The notes: generated by a model from the sequence alone, not told the origin. Positions 10,660 through 20,353 are shown, counted from the first letter of the stretch. The stretch: 64,000 bases of DNA from an uncultured Clostridia bacterium (GCA_944392425.1 CALXWM010000001.1:23589-87588), one strand, 5' to 3'. Numbers and translations: made by a program.

Positions 10660-11922
10660 TCATTCTTCTGTTATTCTTTGTATATTAGCACCTAAGCTTC
10701 TAAATTTATCTTCTATATGTTCATAACCTCTATCTATGTAATGAATATTATATAATTCTGTTGTGCCATTTGCTATAATTCCAGCAATTAATAGTGCGGC
10801 ACCTGCACGTAGGTCTGTTGCATATATAGGAGCACCTTTTAAGTTTTCTACTCCTTCAAAAATAGCAGTTTTGCCTTGAGCAGTTATTTTTGCCCCCATT
10901 TTGTTTAATTCATTAGTATATTGAAATCTTGATTCCCATATGCTTTCATTTATTATACTTGTTCCTGATGCAACAGATAAAGCAACACCCATCTGTGGTT
11001 GCAGGTCTGTTGGAAATCCTGGATATGGTAAAGTTTTTATATTTGCTGAACGAGATCTTTTGTTACAAGAAACTCTTAAACTATCGCCTAAATCTTCAAC
11101 CGTTGCTCCCATCTCAAGAATTTTTGCAGTCAATGAATCCATATGCTCAGGAATACAATTTTTTATTAATATATCTCCCTTAGAAGCTACTGCTGCAAGC
11201 ATAAAAGTACCTGTTTCTATTTGATCGGGAACTATTGAGTAATTACAATTTTCTCTAAGATTTTTTACACCGTTTATTTTTATAGTATCTGTTCCTGCAC
11301 CACGAATATCTGCACCTGCTGCATTTAAAAAGTTTGCAACGTCAACTATATGTGGTTCTTTTGCAACGTTGTCTAATATTGTAGTACCTTTTGCTAAAAC
11401 TGATGCTAAAATTAAATTAATTGTTGCTCCGACAGAAACAACATCAAAATATATTGAAGTACCTGTTAATTTTTTCGCTTTGGCAGTTATTTTTCCTTGA
11501 CTAACATCAACAACAGCACCTAGTGCCTCAAAGCCTTTTATATGTTGATCAATTGGTCTTGCTCCTAAATTACAACCTCCTGGAAGACCTACTTGAGCTC
11601 CACCACATCTACCAAGAAGAGAGCCTATTAAATAATAAGAGGCTCTAAATTTACTTGTTTTATCTAATGGAGCATTTGTGCAACTTAGATTTCTAGCATC
11701 AACAGTTAATGAATGTTCTCCTGTCCATGTAACTTTTGCACCAAGCTCATTTAATATATCACATATAATTTTTACATCACTTATATTTGGTACATTTTCT
11801 AAAGTTGTTATTCCATCTATTAGAAGTGTAGCTGGAAGTATTGCTACTGCAGCATTTTTTGCTCCGCTAATTTCTACTTCACCTTTAAGCTTTGTTTTTC
11901 CTTTTATTACAAATTTATCCAA
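10660..11922 (-). CDS. murA: UDP-N-acetylglucosamine 1-carboxyvinyltransferase
   Basis: MDKFVIKGKTKLKGEVEISGAKNAA... and the EPSP-synthase fold. 420 aa. Confidence 0.9.
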   Translation of the reverse strand: MDKFVIKGKTKLKGEVEISGAKNAAVAILPATLLIDGITTLENVPNISDVKIICDILNELGAKVTWTGEHSLTVDARNLSCTNAPLDKTSKFRASYYLIGSLLGRCGGAQVGLPGGCNLGARPIDQHIKGFEALGAVVDVSQGKITAKAKKLTGTSIYFDVVSVGATINLILASVLAKGTTILDNVAKEPHIVDVANFLNAAGADIRGAGTDTIKINGVKNLRENCNYSIVPDQIETGTFMLAAVASKGDILIKNCIPEHMDSLTAKILEMGATVEDLGDSLRVSCNKRSRSANIKTLPYPGFPTDLQPQMGVALSVASGTSIINESIWESRFQYTNELNKMGAKITAQGKTAIFEGVENLKGAPIYATDLRAGAALLIAGIIANGTTELYNIHYIDRGYEHIEDKFRSLGANIQRITEE

Positions 11923-11978
11923 AATTTAATTCCCCCAATGTTTTGTCTCTTTTAATCATATATTTTATAACACAATCT

Positions 11979-12620
11979 TTAATTATTTGCAAGCTTTGTT
12001 CCTATGTTTTCAAAAAATTCAATAATCTTAAATTTGATATTAGTAATTCCATTTTCATCAGTATCTGAAATTATACTATACTCTTCATCTCCTAAGTTTT
12101 CTTCCAAATTTTCTTTAGATTCTTCTGGAACAACTCCAGATGTAACATCTACAAAACATAGAGGAGGAAACATTACACACCACCAGTTTTGACCTTCTGC
12201 TTTACCGATTTTTACTCTTAAAGCATCATAAAAACCTGCAGGAAAGCTAATATCTCCATAAGTTTTTGTTGGGAATGAAAAGTTACCTATTTCTATATTA
12301 ACTTCATAATTATATCCATTTTCTTCTACAACATTTTGAGCAATGTTTTTGAAATCATCAATGTGTTCATGTGCAATTTCAATAACTTCATCTTTAGTAT
12401 TCAAATCATTTGTTAAAGTATTCATATAATTTATAAGGCAATCACGAACTTTGTATTTTAAATTTTGATCCTCTTCACTATCACTATTTGCAATTACGTG
12501 TAATCTAAACACGCTATCCGCTAAATTATTACTTACAGCATTAACATAAGAATAAGCAGAAAGTAATAAAAATGCAACTGACACAATTAATAAAAGTAGA
12601 TATTTTTTCATATAAATCAC
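11979..12620 (-). CDS. spoIIR: Stage II sporulation protein R
   Basis: Signal/TM N-terminus and the SpoIIR signature FRLHVIANSDSEEDQ. Adjacent to murA as in many Firmicutes. Confidence 0.75.
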   Translation of the reverse strand: MIYMKKYLLLLIVSVAFLLLSAYSYVNAVSNNLADSVFRLHVIANSDSEEDQNLKYKVRDCLINYMNTLTNDLNTKDEVIEIAHEHIDDFKNIAQNVVEENGYNYEVNIEIGNFSFPTKTYGDISFPAGFYDALRVKIGKAEGQNWWCVMFPPLCFVDVTSGVVPEESKENLEENLGDEEYSIISDTDENGITNIKFKIIEFFENIGTKLANN

Positions 12621-12792
12621 TATCCTTTCAAAATCAGGTAATTTATTTACTAGTAGAATTTAATAAATTTGTATTTGATAATTTCATAAATTAAAATTCA
12701 TTAGCAAAAAATTGGCTACCTTGATTTTCTATTTAATAAAATTATTACCTAATATTTTTAAAATATACATAAATGGAATAAATTAATTATTT

Positions 12793-12857
12793 TGTCGAAT
12801 TTTGACGAACGATTTTTTTGTAATAATCTTGACACATTTGTAACAAAATGGTAAAAT
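12793..12857 (+). promoter_or_regulatory. Tandem Spo0A-box-like motifs plus a sigma-A-like promoter upstream of ORF 12884
   Basis: TGTCGAA (12793-12799) and TGACGAA (12803-12809) have a 10-bp phase. TTGACA (12829-12834), 17-bp spacer, TGgTAAAAT (12849-12857). Confidence 0.4.
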
Positions 12858-12883
12858 CTACCACATAGAGAAGGGGGACATTT

Positions 12884-13315
12884 ATGAAGATAGAAAACGT
12901 ATGCAATTTTTATGCAAGTAAGTATCATCTAAGTGTTGTACTATATGAATACTTAAGAAAAAATTCTAGAAAGGAAATTATTACATTTTTTGAAGATGGA
13001 ATTAATGAAGAAATGAAAATGGTAGAATCAAGAGCAAAGCGTCATATTAAAAATAAAATTAATTTTAATGCAAATAATGATATACAAAATACATATATTA
13101 ACCAAAGCAAAAACTTAGTATTTATACTTATGGGAAGTAATTTATATTTGAAGGAGGCGAATAGTTATATTAAAGAAGAGCTTAAATTCATGAAAAATGT
13201 AAAAGCTAAAATTATTAATTGTTATGATTTTGATCAGCAAAGAAATTTTATGAAGGACATTATTAAAGGTAGTGATAAAATTTTGTACACTACTGGTGAA
13301 AAGGTGATTGAGTAG
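12884..13315 (+). CDS. Hypothetical protein (143 aa)
   Basis: Intact ORF with an upstream promoter module. No recognisable motif. Confidence 0.45.
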   Translation: MKIENVCNFYASKYHLSVVLYEYLRKNSRKEIITFFEDGINEEMKMVESRAKRHIKNKINFNANNDIQNTYINQSKNLVFILMGSNLYLKEANSYIKEELKFMKNVKAKIINCYDFDQQRNFMKDIIKGSDKILYTTGEKVIE

Positions 13316-13524
13316 AATGTGGAGCTATATTTATATAGCTCCATACTTTTTTAAAAAATATGGAAAAAGTAATTGACCATCAAAATTCCACAAAAAACTA
13401 ATTGACTAATTTACTTTAATGTTATATATTATATTGTATCTAAAAATTCACATTTTTAGTTGTAATGGCATGAAGTGTCTATCGTGGCCGAAGCCTAAAT
13501 AAAATATGGCAAAGGAGAATTAAA

Positions 13525-14772
13525 ATGGACGAAAAATTAAAGCAAATTGAACAAATACTTAAAAAGTATGGCCAGGAGCAACTATTACAAGGATATAATA
13601 GGCAACCAGGCGAAAAAGAAAAGGAAGAATTCTTAAATGATCTTCTTACAATTGACTTCGCACAAATTGAAAAATTATACGAAGCAAGCAAAAAAGCAAA
13701 AGACTTTTCAGAGTCAAAAATTGAACCAATTGATTTTGTAGACAAATCTAAATTATCTAAAGAAGAGTATGCAAAATATGAAAAAATCGGTTCAGAAAAA
13801 ATTAAAGAAGGTAAACTAGCTGTAGTTACAATGGCTGGTGGACAAGGAACTAGACTAGGACATACAGGGCCAAAAGGAACATATGACTTAGGATTAGACT
13901 CACACAAATCTATATTTGAAATTCTTACTGACACACTAAACGAAGCAAGAAAAAAATATGGTGTGGATATTCCTTGGTATATAATGACAAGTGAAGAAAA
14001 TAACGAAGCAACAGTTAATTTTTTCAAAGAACACAATTTCTTTGGATATCCAGAGAGCTCAGTAACATTCTTCAAACAAGGCAAATTACCTATGCTTAGC
14101 ACAGATGGAAAAGTGCTTTTAAATGAAGAAGGAAAAATAAAAGAAGCAGCAGATGGACATGGTGGAATATTCCAATCAATGCTAAAAGATGGTGTTATTT
14201 ATGACATGAAATCTAGAGGAATTGAATGGGTATTTATAGGCGGAGTTGACAATGTTTTAGTAAACATGGTTGACGCTGTTCTAATAGGTTTAGCAGAAGA
14301 TAAAAATGTGCTAGCAGCAGGAAAAAGTATTGTTAAAGCAGGACCAAAGGAAAAAGTTGGTGTATTTTGCAAAAAGAATGGTAAACCAAGTGTTATTGAA
14401 TATAGCGAAATTTCTGAGGAAATGGCAGCTGAAACAACACCAGATGGAGAGTTAAAATATGGAGAATCACATATTTTATGTAATTTATTTAATATAAAAG
14501 CTATTGAAAAAATTAGTAAAATGGATTTACCATACCACGTAGCTTTCAAAAAAGCTAAATATTTAGATAAAGATGGAAATATTGTTTCACCTGATAGCCC
14601 TAATGCATACAAATTCGAATCTTTCTTATTTGATGCTTTTGAAAGTTTAGATGATATGGCTATATTAAGAGTAAAAAGAGAAGACGAATTTGCACCTGTT
14701 AAGAATGCGGAAGGTGTAGATAGCCCAGAAACAGCTAGAAAATTATATACAGATTTTCATAGCAAAAAATAA
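13525..14772 (+). CDS. UDPGP-family UDP-sugar pyrophosphorylase (eukaryotic-type UDP-GlcNAc / UDP-glucose pyrophosphorylase-like)
   Basis: Nucleotidyltransferase motif VVTMAGGQGTRLG plus the UDPGP core. Followed by a phosphohexomutase gene. Confidence 0.7.
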   Translation: MDEKLKQIEQILKKYGQEQLLQGYNRQPGEKEKEEFLNDLLTIDFAQIEKLYEASKKAKDFSESKIEPIDFVDKSKLSKEEYAKYEKIGSEKIKEGKLAVVTMAGGQGTRLGHTGPKGTYDLGLDSHKSIFEILTDTLNEARKKYGVDIPWYIMTSEENNEATVNFFKEHNFFGYPESSVTFFKQGKLPMLSTDGKVLLNEEGKIKEAADGHGGIFQSMLKDGVIYDMKSRGIEWVFIGGVDNVLVNMVDAVLIGLAEDKNVLAAGKSIVKAGPKEKVGVFCKKNGKPSVIEYSEISEEMAAETTPDGELKYGESHILCNLFNIKAIEKISKMDLPYHVAFKKAKYLDKDGNIVSPDSPNAYKFESFLFDAFESLDDMAILRVKREDEFAPVKNAEGVDSPETARKLYTDFHSKK

Positions 14773-14780
14773 TTAGTAAT

Positions 14781-14905
14781 GGTTGAAAAATAATTGCGTT
14801 TTGGCGTCGTTTAACTGCGCTGCGAAGGTCCTCAATGTGCAAAAAAGCACACTTCCGGCCTTCTTGCTTGTTAGCCTAGCCAAAATCACAATTCTTTTCC
14901 AACCT
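14781..14905. repeat. Palindromic element P2a (about 125 bp) between the UDPGP and phosphomutase genes
   Basis: About 90% identical to 29679-29804. Arms GGTTGAAAAATAATTGCGTTTTGGC / GCCAAAATCACAATTCTTTTCCAACC. Centre GTGCAAAAAAGCAC. Confidence 0.6.
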
Positions 14906-14938
14906 ATTTTAAAATATAGGAAATGAAAGGAACTTAAA

Positions 14939-16666
14939 ATGGAAGAATATTTAGTTAAATATGAAAAATGGTTAAATGATCCATGCTTTGATGAAAATAC
15001 TAAAAAAGAACTAAAAGAAATAAAAGAAAATGAAAAAGAAATAGAGGATAGATTTTATAAAGACTTAGAATTTGGAACCGCAGGCTTAAGAGGTGTAATC
15101 GGAGCTGGAACAAATAGAATGAATAAATACACAGTAGGAAAAGCAACACAAGGCTTGGCCAACTTTATATTAAAAGAAGGCACACAAGATAAAGGTGTTG
15201 CAATAGCATATGATTCAAGACATATGTCAAAGGAATTTAGCGAAGAAACAGCTTTATGTTTAAATGCAAATGGAATAAAAACATATGTATTTGAATCTTT
15301 AAGACCAGTGCCAGAATTATCTTTTACAGTTAGAAAATTAGGTTGTACAGCAGGTGTTATGATAACAGCAAGCCATAACCCACCTGAATATAATGGATAT
15401 AAAGTTTATTGGGATGATGGAGCACAAATAGTTCCACCAAAAGATAAACAAATAATTGATGAAGTAAATGCTATTACAGATTTTTCTACTATTAAAACAA
15501 TGGATAAAAAAGAAGCGGTAGAAAAAGGTTTATATGTACAAATAGGAAAAGAAGTTGATGATGACTTCGTAAATACTTTAAAAAGTTTAGTACTAAATCC
15601 AGATATTATAAAGAAAGAACAAGAAAATGTTACAATAGTATATACACCTCTACATGGAGCTGGAAATGTACCAGTACAAAGAGTTCTTAAAGAATTAGGA
15701 TTTACTCACGTATATGTAGTACCTGAGCAAGAAAAGCCAGATGGAGATTTTCCAACAGTAAGTTATCCAAACCCAGAAGATAAAAAAGCATTTAAGTTAG
15801 CACTAGAACTTGCGGAAAAAGTAGATGCAGATGTGGTTTTAGCAACAGACCCTGATTCAGATAGACTAGGTGTATATTCAAAAGATGAAAACGGCGAATA
15901 TGTACCATATACAGGTAATATGTCAGCTATTCTTATTGCAGAGTATGAACTATCTCAAAAGAAGGAAAAGGGATTACTTCCAGATAACGGTGCTATTATA
16001 ACAACAATAGTTTCTTCAAATATGACAAAAGATTTAGCAAAAGAATATAATTTAACAATGTTTGAAACATTAACAGGTTTCAAATGGATAGGCGAAAAAA
16101 TAAGACAATTTGAAGAAAATAATAATAGCTATTCATATCAATTTGGATTTGAAGAAAGTTATGGATGCTTAATAAGTCCTCACGCAAGAGATAAAGACGG
16201 AATATCTGCAGTTATGGCACTATGTGAAGCAACAGCTTATTATAAAAGCAAAGGAATAACTTTATGGGAGCAAATGATTAACATTTATAAAAAATATGGT
16301 TTTTATAAAGAAGGACAAGTATCAATTACATTAAAAGGTGCTGATGGTGCTGAGCAAATTAAAGCTATGATGGAAAAAATGAGAAAAAATCCTCCTAAGA
16401 AATTAGGAAGCTATGATGTATTAGAAGTAAGAGATTACAAAGAACATACAATAGTTAAAGCTGATGGAACTAAACTTAAAACTGATTTACCAACATCAAA
16501 TGTATTATATTATGATTTGAATGATAACAGCTGGTGTTGCGTAAGACCATCAGGAACAGAGCCAAAAATTAAATTCTATATGGGTGTTAAAGGCGAATCT
16601 ATGGAAGAGGCAGAACAAAAATTAGAAGAATTAACTGAGGCAATGAAAGAATATTCAAATTCTTAA
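14939..16666 (+). CDS. Phospho-sugar mutase (phosphoglucomutase/phosphomannomutase family)
   Basis: Active-site TASHNPPEYNGYK, metal-binding DPDSDR, and sugar-binding GEESYG-like region. Confidence 0.85.
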   Translation: MEEYLVKYEKWLNDPCFDENTKKELKEIKENEKEIEDRFYKDLEFGTAGLRGVIGAGTNRMNKYTVGKATQGLANFILKEGTQDKGVAIAYDSRHMSKEFSEETALCLNANGIKTYVFESLRPVPELSFTVRKLGCTAGVMITASHNPPEYNGYKVYWDDGAQIVPPKDKQIIDEVNAITDFSTIKTMDKKEAVEKGLYVQIGKEVDDDFVNTLKSLVLNPDIIKKEQENVTIVYTPLHGAGNVPVQRVLKELGFTHVYVVPEQEKPDGDFPTVSYPNPEDKKAFKLALELAEKVDADVVLATDPDSDRLGVYSKDENGEYVPYTGNMSAILIAEYELSQKKEKGLLPDNGAIITTIVSSNMTKDLAKEYNLTMFETLTGFKWIGEKIRQFEENNNSYSYQFGFEESYGCLISPHARDKDGISAVMALCEATAYYKSKGITLWEQMINIYKKYGFYKEGQVSITLKGADGAEQIKAMMEKMRKNPPKKLGSYDVLEVRDYKEHTIVKADGTKLKTDLPTSNVLYYDLNDNSWCCVRPSGTEPKIKFYMGVKGESMEEAEQKLEELTEAMKEYSNS

Positions 16667-16680
16667 TAAATTTTAATAAA

Positions 16681-16734
16681 AATCTGACAATAATTATTAA
16701 TTTAAAGAATAATTGTTGCAGATTTTTATTTTAT
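16681..16734 (+). terminator. Rho-independent terminator after the phosphomutase gene
   Basis: Imperfect hairpin AATCTGACAATAATT...AATAATTGTTGCAGATT followed by TTTTATTTT. Confidence 0.45.
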
Positions 16735-16768
16735 ATTAAAAGTAATATAGAGAAAATATGTAGAAAAA

Positions 16769-16844
16769 TGTCGAAAAAAGTCGACGAAAAATAATGATTA
16801 TTTATATAAAATTAATTGACAAGAAACAGAAATTAACATATAAT
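16769..16844 (+). promoter_or_regulatory. Conserved module: tandem Spo0A-box-like TGTCGAAAAAAGTCGACGAAAAA plus sigma-A promoter for the Rpn gene
   Basis: TGTCGAA 16769-16775 and GTCGACG 16780-16786. TTGACA 16816-16821, 17 bp, TATAAT 16839-16844. The same 23-mer and geometry occur at 33021-33096. Confidence 0.5.
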
Positions 16845-17052
16845 GAGGACATAATTTAAAGCTTTAAATTAAAAATATTTTATCATGAAATTTTTTATAT
16901 AATTAAATTGATTCAAAATTTAAATCTTAAAAATTTCAATAAAAAATTTTATTAAATGTATAACCTATATTTGAGGTTTTTTTTATAATTCTTGTTAAAA
17001 ATAAGATTTAAATCACGAATTCTCACAGAAAATTATAATGGAGGATTATTAT

Positions 17053-17997
17053 ATGGCAGAAAAAGAAGAAAGTATAAAATTATTAAAACCAAAGATAGAC
17101 ATAGTTTTTCAAAGCTTATTTAGCAAGAAAAATGAAAAAATAACAAAAGCATTTGCAGAAGCAATGTTAGATGAAAAAGTAAAAAAAATAACAATAAACG
17201 ATGATAAAGAATTATTTAGAGAAAAACCAGAAGATAAACTTGGGATATTAGACCTAGAATTAGATATAAATGACAGAGAAAAGGTAGATATAGAAATACA
17301 ATTAGTGGATAGATCAAATATACAGGAAAGGTTATTGTTTTATTTTTCAAAATTGTATTATAACGAAGTAAAAAAAGGGGATGACTATAAAAAGGCTAAA
17401 AGAGTAGTAATGGTAGCGATACTAGATTACGATTTTAACCTAACAAAAGAAATTAAAAGAATGGAAACAAAATGGAAACTTAGAGAAGAAAATGCAAAAG
17501 ACCTCGTCTTGACAGACAAAATTGAAATAGATATAATAGAACTATCTAAAGTAAGGGCTGAATATGAAAAAAATAAGCAAAACAAAAAGGCACAATGGGC
17601 ATTGTTCATAAACGACCCTAATACTAAGGAGGTCAAAGAAATTATGAAGGAAAATGAAGATATAGAAGAAGCAGTAGTAACAGTACATAAAATGACAGAA
17701 GATGAAAAAATGAGAAGACTAGCAGATTTAAGAGAAAAAGCCATATTGGATGAAAAGGCAATTAGACGTAAAGGCTATGAAGATGGACATGAAGCTGGTT
17801 ACGAAGATGGCCGAACAGAAGGCCGAGCAGAAGGTCGAGCAGAAGGTCGCGCAGAAGGACTGGAAAAAGGAAGAACAGAAGGAAAAGCAGAAGAAAGAAA
17901 AGCAATATTAAATAATTTAAAGAAAATGAAATTATCAACAGAAGAAATTTGCAAAATTTTAAATATAACAACAGAAGAATTAGAAAAAATGGAATAG
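17053..17997 (+). CDS. Rpn-family recombination-promoting nuclease / putative transposase (YhgA-like PD-(D/E)XK) with C-terminal DUF4351-like tail
   Basis: N-terminal PD-(D/E)XK core (ILDLELD...DIEIQ). C-terminus carries EGRAEGRAEGRAEG repeats and a terminal STEEICKILNITTEELEKM helix typical of this family. RBS GGAGGA 7 nt upstream. Confidence 0.75.
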   Translation: MAEKEESIKLLKPKIDIVFQSLFSKKNEKITKAFAEAMLDEKVKKITINDDKELFREKPEDKLGILDLELDINDREKVDIEIQLVDRSNIQERLLFYFSKLYYNEVKKGDDYKKAKRVVMVAILDYDFNLTKEIKRMETKWKLREENAKDLVLTDKIEIDIIELSKVRAEYEKNKQNKKAQWALFINDPNTKEVKEIMKENEDIEEAVVTVHKMTEDEKMRRLADLREKAILDEKAIRRKGYEDGHEAGYEDGRTEGRAEGRAEGRAEGLEKGRTEGKAEERKAILNNLKKMKLSTEEICKILNITTEELEKME

Positions 17998-18154
17998 TCC
18001 TTATAAAATGGAATTAAAGGTAATGTTAATTTTAATATTACCTTTTTTAATGCGGTAATTTATAGAAGACCTCAATTATACTAATTTGCAATATTATGTA
18101 AAAAGTTGTATAATAAGCAAATAGTAAATATAAATAGTTAAAAAGGAAATGAAA

Positions 18155-18871
18155 ATGCAAAAAATACTTAGCAAATTAAGAAAAGCAATTGAAGACTATA
18201 ATATGATAGAAGAGGGCGATAAAATAGCAGTTGCTCTTTCTGGAGGTAAAGATTCTGTTACTTTACTGTATGCTTTGAAAAACTTACAAATATTCTATCC
18301 TAAAAAATTTGAATTGATTGCGATAACTGTAAATCCTGGATTTGATGGATTTGATACTAAAATCCTCAAAAACATTGCAAAAGATGTAGGGGTAGAATTA
18401 GTTATTGCACCGAGTGACATTAAAGCAATAGTTTTTGATGTTAGGAAAGAAAAAAATCCTTGTTCATTATGTGCAAATCTACGTAGAGGAATATTAAATT
18501 CAGTTGCAAAAGAATATGAATGCAATAAAATAGCACTAGGACATAATGAAGATGATGTATTAGAAACTTTTTTATTAAATTTGATATATGCAGGAAATTT
18601 ATCTACTTTTGCTCCAATGAGTTATATGGACAGGTCAGATATGACTTTAATAAGACCATTAATATATACTCCAGAAAAAATGACAAAAAGTTTTGTTAAA
18701 AAGAATAGTATAGAAATAATGCCAAAAGTTTGCCCTATGGACGGAGTATCTAAAAGAGAATATGCAACTGAACTGTTAAAAAGTTTTGAATTACAATATA
18801 AACATTCTCGTGCAAATTTAATTGGAGCCATTAAGAGAGCTAATATAAATGGTTGGAAAGAAATAAAATAG
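18155..18871 (+). CDS. PP-loop ATPase, tRNA 2-thiocytidine synthetase TtcA-like
   Basis: PP-loop SGGKDS plus CxxC (CSLCANLRRG) and CPMD motifs. Confidence 0.6.
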   Translation: MQKILSKLRKAIEDYNMIEEGDKIAVALSGGKDSVTLLYALKNLQIFYPKKFELIAITVNPGFDGFDTKILKNIAKDVGVELVIAPSDIKAIVFDVRKEKNPCSLCANLRRGILNSVAKEYECNKIALGHNEDDVLETFLLNLIYAGNLSTFAPMSYMDRSDMTLIRPLIYTPEKMTKSFVKKNSIEIMPKVCPMDGVSKREYATELLKSFELQYKHSRANLIGAIKRANINGWKEIK

Positions 18872-18923
18872 TTAAAAATATGTAGAAATAATTGAAAAAG
18901 TGTGCTATACTAATATAGTCAGA

Positions 18924-18998
18924 TGTTTCCGTAGCTCAGTTGGATAGAGCAATCGCCTCCTAAGCGAGAGATCGGCAGTTCGACTCTGCCCGGGAACA
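18924..18998 (+). tRNA. tRNA-Arg (anticodon CCT)
   Basis: Cloverleaf: acceptor GTTTCCG/CGGGAAC, D-arm GCTC..GAGC, anticodon loop CTCCTAA, T-arm GGCAGTTCGACTCTGCC. Genomic CCA follows. Confidence 0.85.
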
Positions 18999-19017
18999 CC
19001 ATCATAATATTTTATAA

Positions 19018-19050
19018 AAGTACAAAAATAAAATTGTACTTTTAATTTTT
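19018..19050 (+). terminator. Rho-independent terminator after tRNA-Arg
   Basis: AAAGTACAA-AAATAAAA-TTGTACTTT followed by TAATTTTT. Confidence 0.6.
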
Positions 19051-19466
19051 GGTCATAAAATGTCAAATTATGTAAAATTAAATATAAAAGATAAAATAAT
19101 CACGAGTGTAAAAATTATATAGAAAATCGCACAATAAGTTTACAATAATTTAATTATGTATCTTGAAAATATACCATATTTTAGAAAAAGTTTAATAAAT
19201 TTTCAATTATCACGATTTAACGTTGATGTAGTATGATTTATTGTGATAGTATTTATGCTGTGCTTACAGTACAGCTGAAAACACGACTTTTTATAAATAG
19301 CAAAACATCGCAACTAATGTACCAAAAAATGTAGAAAAATATATATAAATCATCCTGTAGCGTAATTGCCAACTTGTATATGTAGAAAGGGATAATGCTA
19401 TTTATTATAATTTCATTGTTGTACAGAGCAGGGGGTGATTTATAGGAGAGGAAAGAGAAAAAACAA

Positions 19467-20330
19467 ATGAGCTTTGGAGAAAACTTAACTAATTTAAGAA
19501 GACAAAAAGGTTGGTCACAAGATGATTTAGCAAACAATTTAGATTTATCAAGACAAGCAATTTCTAAATGGGAAAATGAAACTAGTAAACCTGATATTGA
19601 TAACATTAAAAAGATAAGTAAAATTTTCTCTATAAAAATTGATGACTTGATTAATAATGAGCTACCTGATGATAAAGCAGTTACATTGGATGTTAAAAAA
19701 GAAGAGAAGAGAGAGAAAACTATTACCATTATAAAATTAATGATTATCGCTGTGATAATTTTATATGTAATTAGCGTTATCTATAAGTTTGCTTCATTAT
19801 TAGTAATTGTTAATGGTGTGCAAAAGTATGCTAACTTAAATAATTATCATTATGTTATTACTACTTACGATGAAAACGGATTAGCTGAGAAAGAGGAATG
19901 CTGGTTTAAAGACGGAGTATCGAAAACAATAAATACAGCGGTGGAAGATGAAATATTATATGAAAAGCAAACGTATATTGATTATAATAATGCTCTAGGA
20001 TATACAATTATTGACAATAATAAACAGAGGATAAACTATGATGAATATATAAAATATAATCTGAATTTTGAATTAGGTGGGCAAATGTTTTCAAATTTTC
20101 CGGTTGTAATCCAAGAGAATAATGTTGTTTCAATTTTAGCAAAAGCTTTTAGAGTTAATAATAGTTCAATCAAAATTGAAAATAATTCAATTATTTTAAA
20201 CTTTGATAAAAGTTATGTTATTTTAGATAAATCAACATTGCTTCCAATAATGGGGATTTATGAGAGCAATAAAAATGATAATAATATTCAATCCTATTTT
20301 ATTGAGCTAAATAATGTTTCAAAATTATAA
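19467..20330 (+). CDS. XRE-family HTH transcriptional regulator with a central TM segment and C-terminal extracytoplasmic domain
   Basis: HTH_3 (LRRQKGWSQDDLANNLDLSRQAISKWE). TM helix IIKLMIIAVIILYVISVIY. Confidence 0.7.
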   Translation: MSFGENLTNLRRQKGWSQDDLANNLDLSRQAISKWENETSKPDIDNIKKISKIFSIKIDDLINNELPDDKAVTLDVKKEEKREKTITIIKLMIIAVIILYVISVIYKFASLLVIVNGVQKYANLNNYHYVITTYDENGLAEKEECWFKDGVSKTINTAVEDEILYEKQTYIDYNNALGYTIIDNNKQRINYDEYIKYNLNFELGGQMFSNFPVVIQENNVVSILAKAFRVNNSSIKIENNSIILNFDKSYVILDKSTLLPIMGIYESNKNDNNIQSYFIELNNVSKL

Positions 20331-20353
20331 AAAAACAGGTCTATTATAGACCT
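20329..20353 (-). terminator. Terminator hairpin for the minus-strand secreted-protein gene (bidirectional)
   Basis: AGGTCTA-TTA-TAGACCT with a T-run on the minus strand. Confidence 0.5.

Noticed and set aside
13479-14102. 207-aa minus-strand ORF
   Set aside because: It lies entirely antisense to the well-supported UDPGP gene. The product is low-complexity and Ser/Leu/Phe-rich, and there is no RBS. Other antisense ORFs were rejected for the same reason: 1871-2440, 6426-6854, 10929-11224, 14199-14612, 17427-17971, 19253-19729, 20517-20874, 24551-25480, 28381-29573, 29996-31201, 39567-40509, 41345-41751, 43064-44390, 48184-48947 and 59153-59455.
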